This document shows positions 1 to 10,920 of a stretch of DNA of 64,000 nt, piece by piece. This DNA is from Limnochordia bacterium (lineage in GTDB: Bacteria; Bacillota; Limnochordia; DTU080): NCBI GenBank assembly GCA_050951545.1, contig JBMNJG010000006.1:148576-212575 (forward strand), given 5' to 3'. The first letter of the stretch is position 1, and the number at the start of each line of letters is the position of its first letter. Position numbers and translations under genes: made by a program. The notes under the pieces are model-generated. The model ran no database searches, was not told the origin of the DNA, and saw nothing but the letters and a program-made list of their open reading frames with translations.

Positions 1-763
1 GGACCCAGTTCAGACCCCGCGTCTCCGATTTATCTAGCCACCCTACGAGGCGATCGCCTTTGAACGCGGCGGCCCCTGTGAACCGTGCAGAAGAGCCGAC
101 CTTTTCACGCAGCACCTCGCCCCGGATGTCAGCCTCCTGTGGTCGGGGCACGATCTCTACCCGTGAGGCCACAGCGTTGCTGCCAACTGTTTCCAAGAGT
201 TGCACAAACTCGTTAAGCCGGATGGTCACCACGGTTGAGAGCGTGATGGAAGCATTGTCAAGAACGCCTCGCCCGCCTTCAGAGGGCTGGCGCTCCAACT
301 CAAACTGTGTCTGTAGCATTTCCGAGGCCGCTGCTCCCTTGGCCACGGCCACTTGCACCGTGCGCCTGGCCTCCCCATCCCTTGACCACAGATCGAGAGC
401 CGACAGGATCCCCTCTCGAGCGAAATCCTCTCCGAACAGGAGCCAGCGGTTGTGAGCGAAAAACAGGCGCCTCGGTGATTGGCTATTACCGTTACGTATA
501 GCGTCAAACACAGTCTCTCCCGTGCTACTCAGGATCCATATGGGAGACTCCTGGGGCGTACCTTTTTCCCCACCGCCGATGGCAAAGGGTTTGGCGACTA
601 GCATGGTGAGCTGAATCTTACCTTCCTCTTGTGCCTTGTCAATGCCCACCGCCATTACAAAACCCAGAGTCTCGATCTCTCGCCCATTCCAACAACCCGA
701 GACCGACCAGGCGAGGGACAGCCACAGCAAAATGAGTGGTAGCCGCCTGCGCAAAAAGCCCAC
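1..763 (-). CDS. Ger(x)C family spore germination lipoprotein (runs off window start)
   Basis: Not in the ORF track. Read manually from GTG at 763: VGFLRRRLPLILLWLSLAWSVSGCWNGREIETLGFVMAVGIDK, i.e. the lipobox SGC plus the GerC N-terminal motif W..REI....V.A.GID. GGAGG SD upstream; third gene of a gerA-gerB-gerC arrangement. Confidence 0.9.
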   Translation of the reverse strand, partial: MGFLRRRLPLILLWLSLAWSVSGCWNGREIETLGFVMAVGIDKAQEEGKIQLTMLVAKPFAIGGGEKGTPQESPIWILSSTGETVFDAIRNGNSQSPRRLFFAHNRWLLFGEDFAREGILSALDLWSRDGEARRTVQVAVAKGAAASEMLQTQFELERQPSEGGRGVLDNASITLSTVVTIRLNEFVQLLETVGSNAVASRVEIVPRPQEADIRGEVLREKVGSSARFTGAAAFKGDRLVGWLDKSETRGLNWV

Positions 764-772
764 TATGGGATC

Positions 773-1909
773 CTACCTCCCATTCGCCTCAGCCCGATGG
801 CCCCTGAGGAGCCGGGCTAGGCTTAGTATCGTCATGTAGCTTACGAGAGCCACGATGATGCACACACCACTCCCCCTCGGGTCCACCATCATCTCAACAT
901 CGGTGATGTTCTTGAAGAGCGACAAACCTAAGCTGACTGTGAGTACACCGAGTGGGTAGACCAAGGGCTGATAGCGCTGTAGGCCAAAGACCTGCGCCAA
1001 TCCGGCGGCGCTGGCCCATATGAAGCAAGCGATCTTGATACCAGCGCTGACAGTCCAGACCCCCATAGGAATGACCTCAACTCTCTCGAGGAAGCCGCCT
1101 ACTGAGATCATCCGTCCAAGACTGAAGGCTGGGAGCGTAAGGGACGGCGCCAACACTCCGAAAACAGCCACCAAGACGGCAGCGAAGCCTACCCCCACGA
1201 GGCCAGCGGCGCCTACAGCATAGAGGCTGAAGCGTCTGGCATCAGAAGGACAAGTGAGGAAAGGCATGATCATCCCCACGACAATGGTCTCCAGGAAAAT
1301 GATCCATGAGGTGCCCGCCTCCCCAACCGCTGCCCCCAGGCCGCCTGGGAGCACAGGTCTCAGGTTTTCGACCTTCATAGCGTTGGCCGGAAGAACAAGC
1401 ACCAGGAGGGCAAAGAAGAGCACCATCCAAAACACGCTCTCTGCCATACGCCCTACCACCTCCAAGCCACCGTGGGCAGCGTTGGCCCCGAGGAAAACCA
1501 TGACAGCCATGACTATCACGATAGGAGTCTCAGGCATGATAGCCACAGCGTAAGCCTCACCTATGGCCCTAGCAGTCGTGGCCGCCTTGCCAAGAAAGAA
1601 GAGGATGAGTCCCAGACCGAGAAGCTTGCCCACGACCTTTCCGAAGAGGATCTCGCTGTATTCCACAATGGTTTTGCCGGGAAAGGACAGTCCAAGCCAC
1701 ACGATCCATAGAGCCACAGGTATCGTAGCCAGCACCGAGAGTAGCACGGCAATCCAGCCATCTTGCGGGATGGGGATACCTGTGATGGCCGGAAAGGTGA
1801 CGGTGATCGGGACCATGCGGGCCAGAAAGAGCATCGCCATCAGCTGATGACCCTGAATGAGGCCCTGCTCCACCTCATGAATAGGCGTTGGCTCGGCGCC
1901 CTTGCTCAT
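773..1909 (-). CDS. GerAB/GerB-type spore germination permease
   Basis: 378 aa, multi-TM, motifs QDGWIAVLL, MPETP, FLERVE; lies between the GerA and GerC genes. Confidence 0.9.
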   Translation of the reverse strand: MSKGAEPTPIHEVEQGLIQGHQLMAMLFLARMVPITVTFPAITGIPIPQDGWIAVLLSVLATIPVALWIVWLGLSFPGKTIVEYSEILFGKVVGKLLGLGLILFFLGKAATTARAIGEAYAVAIMPETPIVIVMAVMVFLGANAAHGGLEVVGRMAESVFWMVLFFALLVLVLPANAMKVENLRPVLPGGLGAAVGEAGTSWIIFLETIVVGMIMPFLTCPSDARRFSLYAVGAAGLVGVGFAAVLVAVFGVLAPSLTLPAFSLGRMISVGGFLERVEVIPMGVWTVSAGIKIACFIWASAAGLAQVFGLQRYQPLVYPLGVLTVSLGLSLFKNITDVEMMVDPRGSGVCIIVALVSYMTILSLARLLRGHRAEANGR

Positions 1910-3585
1910 CGCGGATCCTCCTGCCTTCTGGATGTAGGCGGTTCTGGCCGTAGATCTCTTCCCTGTCTACGGGTACCACTCTTCTGCCCCACTAGTCTGG
2001 GTCGCCTATCCATTCGCCACCAGGGCACACGGATGAGCGCATCTTTAAGATCAGTGACCATGACTGGCCCCAGTGGTTCGGCGTAGGGTACACCGAGCGA
2101 ACGAAGAGAGATCAGGTGAACTTGAAGAGCGAACAGGCCAGCAATCACCCCAAAGAGGCCCAGAGCACCAGCGAGCACAAGGAAGCCGAACCGTAGTAGT
2201 CGAGGTGCCGTACCAAAGCTGAAAACTGGCACGGAAAACGAGGCAATCCCCGTAGCAGCGACTACCACCACCATGATCGGTGAGACCAGGCCAGCCCGGA
2301 TGGCAGCATCGCCCAAGACCAAGGCTCCGATGATGCTGATTGCTGGCCCGACGATACGCGGCAAGCGCACTCCGGCTTCCCGCATCAGCTCAAAGAGCAC
2401 CTCTATCACGAGTGCCTCAATCACTGTCGGAAACGGGACACCTTCGCGCTGCGAGGCGATGTTAAGTATGAGTGAGGTCGGTAACATCTCCTGATGAAAA
2501 GTGACAATCGCTACGTATACGGGGGTTAGCACAAGCGATGCAACAAAAGCCGCGAAACGCAGAGCCCGTAGGGCGCTGGCAAGGAGAAAACCGCTGAAGT
2601 AATCCTCTGGAGTCCCCAGGAACATGGTTAGTGTAGCGGGAGCCACCAACTGAAAGGATGACCCATCCGTCATGACCACTATCCGGCCCTCAAGCAAAGC
2701 ACCACTAACGCGGTCCGGCCGCTCAGTCGGCATCCACGTTGGGAAAGGCGAGTAGGGAGCGTCACGGATGAACTCCTCGAGCTGACCACTGGCCTGGATA
2801 GCGTCGACGTTAATCCGCTGTAGCCTATCACGGACCTCCTGGACGACTCGCTCATCAGCCAATCCGGCCACGTACACCAAGGCTACCGCGGTCTGACTGA
2901 CGCGCCCCAATCGGTGTTCCTCGATCCGCAAGCGAGAACTGCCGATCCGCCTACGCACCAAGGCAGTGTTGGTACGCAGGCTCTCGACAAACCCTTCCTT
3001 GATTCCTCGAATGGTGGGCTCGTTGACAGGTTCCTCAACGGTCCTTTCTTTCCAGCCACTTGTGCCCAAGATCAGAGCGCTAGAAACACCCTGTATCATG
3101 AGAGCCGAGTCACCAGCACCAAGAGCTACCAAAACCCGTACCCAAGTGTGCGCTTCCTCCGATACGTCTGCGACTGCCAACAGACGCTCCTTCAGGTATT
3201 GATAGGCTTCCTGGCCGCTGCTCCACGACGCCTCAGTCTGAGTGATAGGTAGGAGCACCGACTTTGTCAGATACTGCTTATCGGTAAGGCCGTCAATCGA
3301 GACCAAGAGAGCATGCGTATCGCCATCTCTGCCAATCCGCAAGTGCCGGACTCGCAGATCCTCGCTGTGACCAAACTCCGCCTGGACGCGGGCTGCATTA
3401 ACATCTAACTGCGGTGAGAGGCGCTCGCCCTGCTTATCGCAGCTCTGCCTGTCTTCGTTCTGTTTGTCCTTTCTGTGCCTGGCCTCGTCCTGGCTGCGCT
3501 GCCTTGTCTCAGGCGCGCCCTGCGAGCCAGTGGCGCCCCTCTTGCGGCGCCGAAGTAGCTTCCGCAGCTTTCTCAACATCGACAC
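1906..3585 (-). CDS. GerA family spore germination protein
   Basis: Motifs EPTIRGIKEGFVESLRTN, SPFP..TERPDR, REGVPFP, ELMREAGVRLP, VLGDAAIRAGLVSP. Confidence 0.95.
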   Translation of the reverse strand: MSMLRKLRKLLRRRKRGATGSQGAPETRQRSQDEARHRKDKQNEDRQSCDKQGERLSPQLDVNAARVQAEFGHSEDLRVRHLRIGRDGDTHALLVSIDGLTDKQYLTKSVLLPITQTEASWSSGQEAYQYLKERLLAVADVSEEAHTWVRVLVALGAGDSALMIQGVSSALILGTSGWKERTVEEPVNEPTIRGIKEGFVESLRTNTALVRRRIGSSRLRIEEHRLGRVSQTAVALVYVAGLADERVVQEVRDRLQRINVDAIQASGQLEEFIRDAPYSPFPTWMPTERPDRVSGALLEGRIVVMTDGSSFQLVAPATLTMFLGTPEDYFSGFLLASALRALRFAAFVASLVLTPVYVAIVTFHQEMLPTSLILNIASQREGVPFPTVIEALVIEVLFELMREAGVRLPRIVGPAISIIGALVLGDAAIRAGLVSPIMVVVVAATGIASFSVPVFSFGTAPRLLRFGFLVLAGALGLFGVIAGLFALQVHLISLRSLGVPYAEPLGPVMVTDLKDALIRVPWWRMDRRPRLVGQKSGTRRQGRDLRPEPPTSRRQEDPR

Positions 3586-3678
3586 CTGACACCCCCGACC
3601 AATCGGGAAGCCGAAAGACTTCCTGCAGGAACAGATTTAGGCTCTCCAGCTCGGTGTCGAGTTATGCTGTACACGCGA

Positions 3679-3704
3679 CAATGACCGCCTCTCGGCGGTC
3701 ATTG
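3679..3704. terminator. Inverted-repeat hairpin between the solute-binding gene and gerA
   Basis: CAATGACCGCC-TCTC-GGCGGTCATTG, perfect 11-bp stem; no clear U-tract. Confidence 0.45.
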
Positions 3705-3728
3705 CGGTCATAAACTCTCTGCCACTGC

Positions 3729-5012
3729 CTACGGCTCAGCAGCTATCAAGCGCTCGGCCATGGGCCGAATCTGCTCGATGGCAGCACTCGCTGGCATAGC
3801 ACCGCTTCCTATTCGCGTCAGTGCAGGTCCTATGGTATTCACCATGATTTCATCCCATTGCAGTAGATGAGGCAGGGGCCTTCCGTGCTCAGATGCGTAC
3901 AAGAGCGTGATATCACGCAGACTGGCGGGCTGGGTCCCTATGGGCTGGAAGATATTCCAGAGCCTTCGCTCACGCGTCTGCGGTGGAAAACGCTTATTGC
4001 TGACATAGATCCCATGCCCGGGACTTTCCGGCCCTAGCAGAAACTGTAGAAAAGCCCATGCCTCCTCCAGCTTGTCCGTTGTCGAGCTGATGGACATCGC
4101 GTTTGCCTTCCAGATGCCCTTCTGACCGCCGGGACCGCCCGGGGGCAGGGTTACATCCCACTCAAACGGGCGCTCCAGTTTGGTGACCGAGGGAAAGCCT
4201 GCAGGGTACATCACGGTGAGCGAGCGCGTCTGCCGCTCAAAGTCACCGCCCACAACGCCATGAACCAGGTTCAGATCAGCTAGCCACTGCAACGCTTCTA
4301 TGGTGGCTGGCTCGGCAAGACGGAACTGCTTGCTAGTTTCGTCCATCACATCACCGCCCGCCCCCCAAACCCACGGCCACACGCTGCCCCACGACAGGTA
4401 ACCACCAGTACCCCAGCGAATCGTACGTTCCCCGTCGCTCTTAGTGAGCTTGCGCATGTACTCTAAGAAAGTATCGCGGCTCCAATGCTGGTCGGGCCTC
4501 GTCAGCCCCGCTTCGGCCACATGATCAGCGTTATATACATAGTATTGCGGTGCCGAGCAATAAGGCAAGCCGTAGGTCTTCCCCCGATACTGCACGTCTA
4601 GCAAAGCCACGGGGAAATACTCTCGCATGTCGATGCTACGAGTCTGAGCTATCAAATCGTCAAGAGGCCGAATCATGTTGTTGGTCACGAACTCTGCGGT
4701 ATAGTAGCCATCGACGACATAGACATCAGGGGCCAATCCCCCCGCCGTCAGGACCTTCATCTTGGGATGGTGCTCCCCGTAAGTGGATCCAATGTACTCA
4801 ATCTTGATATCAGGGTTCATCTTCTCAAAGGTGGCTATCAGTTCCTGATCTATGGGCGCAGGTCCCCAGGTCGCCCACTGCAACGTCACGGTCTTGGCTG
4901 AGCTACCGAGCACAACCACACACAACAGCGAAACCACGGCAACGTACTGCAAACGACGGCATAGCAAACTCAACAATTCCCCAGTCTCCCTTCGCTTTTC
5001 TTGGTCTGTCAA
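3729..5012 (-). CDS. Sugar ABC transporter substrate-binding protein
   Basis: Signal peptide; AGGLAPDV, YRGKTYGLPY, YVYNAD, EEAWAFLQFL motifs. Close paralog of 59761-61038. Confidence 0.9.
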   Translation of the reverse strand: MTDQEKRRETGELLSLLCRRLQYVAVVSLLCVVVLGSSAKTVTLQWATWGPAPIDQELIATFEKMNPDIKIEYIGSTYGEHHPKMKVLTAGGLAPDVYVVDGYYTAEFVTNNMIRPLDDLIAQTRSIDMREYFPVALLDVQYRGKTYGLPYCSAPQYYVYNADHVAEAGLTRPDQHWSRDTFLEYMRKLTKSDGERTIRWGTGGYLSWGSVWPWVWGAGGDVMDETSKQFRLAEPATIEALQWLADLNLVHGVVGGDFERQTRSLTVMYPAGFPSVTKLERPFEWDVTLPPGGPGGQKGIWKANAMSISSTTDKLEEAWAFLQFLLGPESPGHGIYVSNKRFPPQTRERRLWNIFQPIGTQPASLRDITLLYASEHGRPLPHLLQWDEIMVNTIGPALTRIGSGAMPASAAIEQIRPMAERLIAAEP

Positions 5013-5257
5013 CCCTTTCGTCGCATCGCCAGTTGCCTACAGTTGGGTACCAACTCCGTAACTTCGAGACGATTGCCATCCGGACACGTAACCCAATAAG
5101 ACCTCCGTCTCCGCCCGTACGAGGCTCACCGGTGATCTTCTGCCCTCCAAGAAGCGTGACCTATATGAAATTCCTCATCAAAACAAAGAAACCTTTGAAG
5201 GACAACAGATCAGGGGCCAGAGTCGAAAAGGGAGGCACTTGGGGATCCAGTTGCTCC

Positions 5258-8200
5258 ATCCCGATTCTAGGTGTGTGGGGGAGCCTATGCACTGAGCTGG
5301 AACAATGGTCCGGTGTCGGGTCAATCCCCGCGTGTGCGGGGGAGCCCGCAGACGCCAAGATTCGGCTCGGCAGTTATGGGGTCAATCCCCGCGTGTGCGG
5401 GGGAGCCCGAAATGGCAATGCAGCTGCAGAAGCAGGACGAGGTCAATCCCCGCGTGTGCGGGGGAGCCGAGTGAGACAAGAACAAAAGGAGGCGCCACAA
5501 CGGTCAATCCCCGCGTGTGCGGGGGAGCCCTCCAGGCACAGAGTATGGATCATCACACCCGCGGTCAATCCCCGCGTGTGCGGGGGAGCCGTAGGGTTCG
5601 GGGGCGTGGGGAGGTATGGGACGGGTCAATCCCCGCGTGTGCGGGGGAGCCACCGAGTTCAGGACTGAACAGGAAACAGACAGAGGTCAATCCCCGCGTG
5701 TGCGGGGGAGCCCGCTGGTGATCAGGATGGGTTTGCCGATCACGCGGTCAATCCCCGCGTGTGCGGGGGAGCCGCACCCACCAACAGAGTCGAAGCCGTC
5801 CCATAGGGTCAATCCCCGCGTGTGCGGGGGAGCCACGTCACCGGTATAGGCGTCTATTACTCGCATCGGTCAATCCCCGCGTGTGCGGGGGAGCCATCCA
5901 GCGAGACGCAAAGAAGTATGGCCCGAGGGGTCAATCCCCGCGTGTGCGGGGGAGCCTACTTTGAGCCAACCCCAGTCATTCTAGATATGGGTCAATCCCC
6001 GCGTGTGCGGGGGAGCCTTCTCCCAGACGATAGCGTGCTTGCTTCGCCAGGGTCAATCCCCGCGTGTGCGGGGGAGCCGAGATCGACAAGCAGTACGCCA
6101 TCCTGCAAGAGGGTCAATCCCCGCGTGTGCGGGGGAGCCTCGGCGACTACGACCCGGAAGTAGGAGCCTGGAGGTCAATCCCCGCGTGTGCGGGGGAGCC
6201 ACGGTCGAGCCGTCAATCGTCACGGCGAAATAGGGTCAATCCCCGCGTGTGCGGGGGAGCCACATGCCCTTTTGGTACCTTGCGGCCATGGTGCGGTCAA
6301 TCCCCGCGTGTGCGGGGGAGCCTTCGGGTTTATTCGAAACAACTCGGTGCGTAAGGGTCAATCCCCGCGTGTGCGGGGGAGCCGTATATCACCGAGCCTA
6401 CGGTTCGAGCATAAGCGGTCAATCCCCGCGTGTGCGGGGGAGCCTTGGGTATGGGCAGTTGTTTCGTGGCCTTCAAGGGTCAATCCCCGCGTGTGCGGGG
6501 GAGCCTTACGCTGGCGTTGGCCAACAGCAGAACAGAGAGGTCAATCCCCGCGTGTGCGGGGGAGCCAGGCCTGGAACCTCCCAAGGGTAATGCGGCTGAG
6601 GTCAATCCCCGCGTGTGCGGGGGAGCCGCTCGTACTTCCGCCCCTCACAGCGGAAACACCGGTCAATCCCCGCGTGTGCGGGGGAGCCGGCTGGTATAGC
6701 GACGGGTCATACCGATCCTGGGGTCAATCCCCGCGTGTGCGGGGGAGCCCCAAGCAGGGCATCACCATACACCCCAGCGTGAGGCCAATCCCCGCGTGTG
6801 CGGGGGAGCCGGTCCTCACACTAACGCCGACCAGCATAACGGAGGTCAATCCCCGCGTGTGCGGGGGAGCCGTAACGATCGACGGCTCGACCGTGCGTCT
6901 CACAGGTCAATCCCCGCGTGTGCGGGGGAGCCATCTAAGGGATTTGGGGTGCGCGCTCGCTCACGGGTCAATCCCCGCGTGTGCGGGGGAGCCGGCCTTT
7001 TAGCTGGTGTTTTGTTCCCGCATATGGGTCAATCCCCGCGTGTGCGGGGGGAGCCGCTAGCAGGCACGGCGCGTTCATTGTCCGGACGACGTAGGCGGTC
7101 AATCCCCGCGTGTGCGGGGGAGCCAGCCCCTTGGCGCGCAGATAGGCAAACAACTCCGGTCAATCCCCGCGTGTGCGGGGGAGCCGTGGAGTGATGGCAA
7201 GGCACGAGACAAGTAGCGGGTCAATCCCCGCGTGTGCGGGGGAGCCTGCCGCGAGTACGAGGCCGACGACTGTGAGGCAGGTCAATCCCCGCGTGTGCGG
7301 GGGAGCCCGGGAAGCGATACTCGGAAATAGCGGTCCCACCGGTCAATCCCCGCGTGTGCGGGGGAGCCCACACCCAGTACGTAGGCCCGCACAAAGTACA
7401 GGGTCAATCCCCGCGTGTGCGGGGGAGCCCACGCTTTACGATCGACACGGAGACAGACAGATGGTCAATCCCCGCGTGTGCGGGGGAGCCTATAGTCGGT
7501 GCCCTGGTCGGTAGCACCTGTGAGGTCAATCCCCGCGTGTGCGGGGGAGCCTGTGATGGAAGCTGATAGAGTGCAAGTGCCCAGGGTCAATCCCCGCGTG
7601 TGCGGGGGAGCCATGCTTCGTTCTGCGAGTGCTTCGCCTATCACAGGTCAATCCCCGCGTGTGCGGGGGAGCCCCCCAGATCACGCGCTCTGCAGGTACA
7701 GCAGCCGGTCAATCCCCGCGTGTGCGGGGGAGCCGCAGGACAAGCCTAGCCAAGGGGATCGGCATCGGGTCAATCCCCGCGTGTGCGGGGGAGCCATACT
7801 CCAAATGCCCCACCAGCGTGTCGAAGGCGGTCAATCCCCGCGTGTGCGGGGGAGCCCCATACCACGCGAGCCCCATCCAACCCAACGCGGGTCAATCCCC
7901 GCGTGTGCGGGGGAGCCTACAGAACGAAGAGATAGAGTGCTGGCGCAACGGGTCAATCCCCGCGTGTGCGGGGGAGCCCAACGCGGGTGAGCTCATCAGC
8001 CCGAGCTGTGAGGTCAATCCCCGCGTGTGCGGGGGAGCCGCTTCCATCCACGTTGTACCAGCACCTGTTTGAGGTCAATCCCCGCGTGTGCGGGGGAGCC
8101 AAAAAAATCTGTCTCTCATCGCACTGGAAATATGGTCAATCCCCGCGTGTGCGGGGGAGCCCCTTCTGACCAAGCGCAGAACCTTGTATGCGCAGGTCAA

Positions 8201-10534
8201 TCCCCGCGTGTGCGGGGGAGCCCGGCTACAACGTGACGTCGATGCCTACGCTTGGGGTCAATCCCCGCGTGTGCGGGGGAGCCTCCAGGTCACCGGCGGT
8301 GATGGCGAGGGGCCCAGGTCAATCCCCGCGTGTGCGGGGGAGCCTCCGCCATGCTCACCCCTCCAAATCGGGTATGAGGTCAATCCCCGCGTGTGCGGGG
8401 GAGCCACACGCATCATCTGGCTACGGCGGGTCTGCCGGGGTCAATCCCCGCGTGTGCGGGGGAGCCTTGTTTGAACTGAGCAGTTAGGTCTTTTATCTCG
8501 GTCAATCCCCGCGTGTGCGGGGGAGCCACATCTCCGGGACTGTTACGGGCGGTTGATATGGGTCAATCCCCGCGTGTGCGGGGGAGCCCCTACGGGAGGG
8601 GGCGGACGACGATGCTGAGCCGGTCAATCCCCGCGTGTGCGGGGGAGCCATGGTGAGCTTCACGGGCGAACTGTGGGCAGGAGGTCAATCCCCGCGTGTG
8701 CGGGGGAGCCCAGCGGGGACGGCAACGCGTTCAGCATACGAGGGGTCAATCCCCGCGTGTGCGGGGGAGCCATGCCCAGTCGTCAACCAGCAGTTTTGCG
8801 GTGAGGTCAATCCCCGCGTGTGCGGGGGAGCCACCGCGTGGTGCCCCGGCGCATCCCCCATGTAGGGTCAATCCCCGCGTGTGCGGGGGAGCCCTACCCG
8901 ATCCCGGAGCTGTGGGGCCTAGTGGGGGTCAATCCCCGCGTGTGCGGGGGAGCCGTTGATTTCCTGCGAGGCAACCTTGCCCATGGAGGTCAATCCCCGC
9001 GTGTGCGGGGGAGCCAGCTTCAATACGAGCCATGCTCTGGGTGCGGGCGGTCAATCCCCGCGTGTGCGGGGGAGCCGCACCGTGACGCTATCCGAGAGCT
9101 TGGGACGCGGGTCAATCCCCGCGTGTGCGGGGGAGCCTACGCCTGCCCGCGCTCGATGATCCTCCGTAGGGGTCAATCCCCGCGTGTGCGGGGGAGCCAT
9201 ATACTTTTCACGCCAGGTGACAACGAACACCGGTCAATCCCCGCGTGTGCGGGGGAGCCACAACCGATCACGGTTACCTCGCGCATCCTGTTGGTCAATC
9301 CCCGCGTGTGCGGGGGAGCCCCGCCCAAGAACTTGCGAAGCACCTACATCAGCGGTCAATCCCCGCGTGTGCGGGGGAGCCGGGAACGCAAACGGCGTCT
9401 TACGCTGAAACTCCGGTCAATCCCCGCGTGTGCGGGGGAGCCGCCCCCTTTTAGTCTCGCCATAGCCTCGCGCAGGGTCAATCCCCGCGTGTGCGGGGGA
9501 GCCAAGAATCCATGAGAAAAGAAGCGCGGGAGCGAAGGTCAATCCCCGCGTGTGCGGGGGAGCCAACTAGCGGCATACTACGAGGAAGCGGACCAGGGGT
9601 CAATCCCCGCGTGTGCGGGGGAGCCGGAGATCATCCCGTACGCATGGCCTGGGGGATAGGTCAATCCCCGCGTGTGCGGGGGAGCCAGTACGCCTCTTCG
9701 AGTTCCAGTTTCGGCATCGGGTCAATCCCCGCGTGTGCGGGGGAGCCGATCACCCCGATACACGGCACTATCCGTGATAGGGTCAATCCCCGCGTGTGCG
9801 GGGGAGCCTGGGGATAGGTCTGGATCATGTGGGCCGGCACAGGTCAATCCCCGCGTGTGCGGGGGAGCCGATTGTCGGAACGAAAGATGTCGTGCTGAGC
9901 AGGGTCAATCCCCGCGTGTGCGGGGGAGCCCAAAATTAGTAGTATTCGCTGTACACAAGGAAGGGTCAATCCCCGCGTGTGCGGGGGAGCCTTCCGGTCC
10001 AGGCCCGACAGCCGCCGTGCAGGAGGTCAATCCCCGCGTGTGCGGGGGAGCCACGATCCCGATCGCGGGGTACTCCGTCAGCATGGGTCAATCCCCGCGT
10101 GTGCGGGGGAGCCTTCCAGGCATCCTCACGATGCCACCTCCTTGCGGGTCAATCCCCGCGTGTGCGGGGGAGCCGCCGCAGCCGCGTTGTAGCTGCGCCC
10201 CAATAACGGTCAATCCCCGCGTGTGCGGGGGAGCCCAGAATCAGGAACAGCTGTCATGGCCACTGTCGGTCAATCCCCGCGTGTGCGGGGGAGCCTACCA
10301 CCAGAGGTATACGCAGCCATGGTGACGAAGGTCAATCCCCGCGTGTGCGGGGGAGCCGTCCTCGATTTACCATGCTCAGCGCCGATGCGGGTCAATCCCC
10401 GCGTGTGCGGGGGAGCCTATCGTGACGCCTGCTGCCAGAGTCGTGCAGGGTCAATCCCCGCGTGTGCGGGGGAGCCGTACACGCGCATAGTGAGGCACAG
10501 CCGTGGGGTCAATCCCCGCGTGTGCGGGGGAGCC
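5258..10534 (-). CRISPR. Type I-E-like CRISPR array, 87 repeats / 86 spacers
   Basis: 28-bp repeat GGTCAATCCCCGCGTGTGCGGGGGAGCC (+ strand), 61-bp period, intact copies from 5319 to 10507-10534, degenerate copy at 5258-5285. The reverse complement GGCTCCCCCGCACACGCGGGGATTGACC parallels the E. coli I-E repeat (hairpin followed by ATAAACC-like handle), so transcription is on the - strand. Variant repeats at 6783 (GGCC...) and 7027 (extra G). Confidence 0.99.
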
Positions 10535-10620
10535 TCTTTACACCAGACAGTATCTCATATATAATGATGCGTTTGTGTTAGGGTTTCATGCCATCACGTC
10601 AATCTTCTTCGACTGAACGA
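10535..10620 (-). promoter_or_regulatory. CRISPR leader
   Basis: AT-rich stretch (CATTATATATGAGATACTGTCTGGTGTAAAGA on - strand) abutting the first repeat, at the end opposite the degenerate repeat. Right boundary approximate. Confidence 0.75.
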
Positions 10621-10920
10621 GCCCATTTCCTTCCTCGGTGTGCCTATCGTGATCTGGTGGTAGGCTTGCCAACCCTTCAATCAGCTCTGCGGGACTGAAG
10701 AGCCTGCAACCTCGCTTCGCTGTCTGGATGACCTCTGACTGAAGCGAGGCGGAATGACACCATCCTCCCTGTCCCGCCTGTCACCTCCATCTCAGGGCAG
10801 CTCGAGCCCTGTCTGCTGCATCATCTCAATAGCCTCTTCATCTGGGTTCCTGTGCCACGCCAGGTAGCCAGAGCGACCACGCGCAAGACACTGGTAATCT
10901 GCTCACGTTCGCTCAGGGTG

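Noticed and set aside
5033-10564. Many ORFs with repeating SIPACAGEP / VNPRVCGGA / GQSPRVRGS peptides
   Set aside because: These are translations of the CRISPR repeat in three frames, not proteins.
10620-10920. cas2/cas1 remnant upstream of the leader
   Set aside because: The frames I read show no Cas-like motif.
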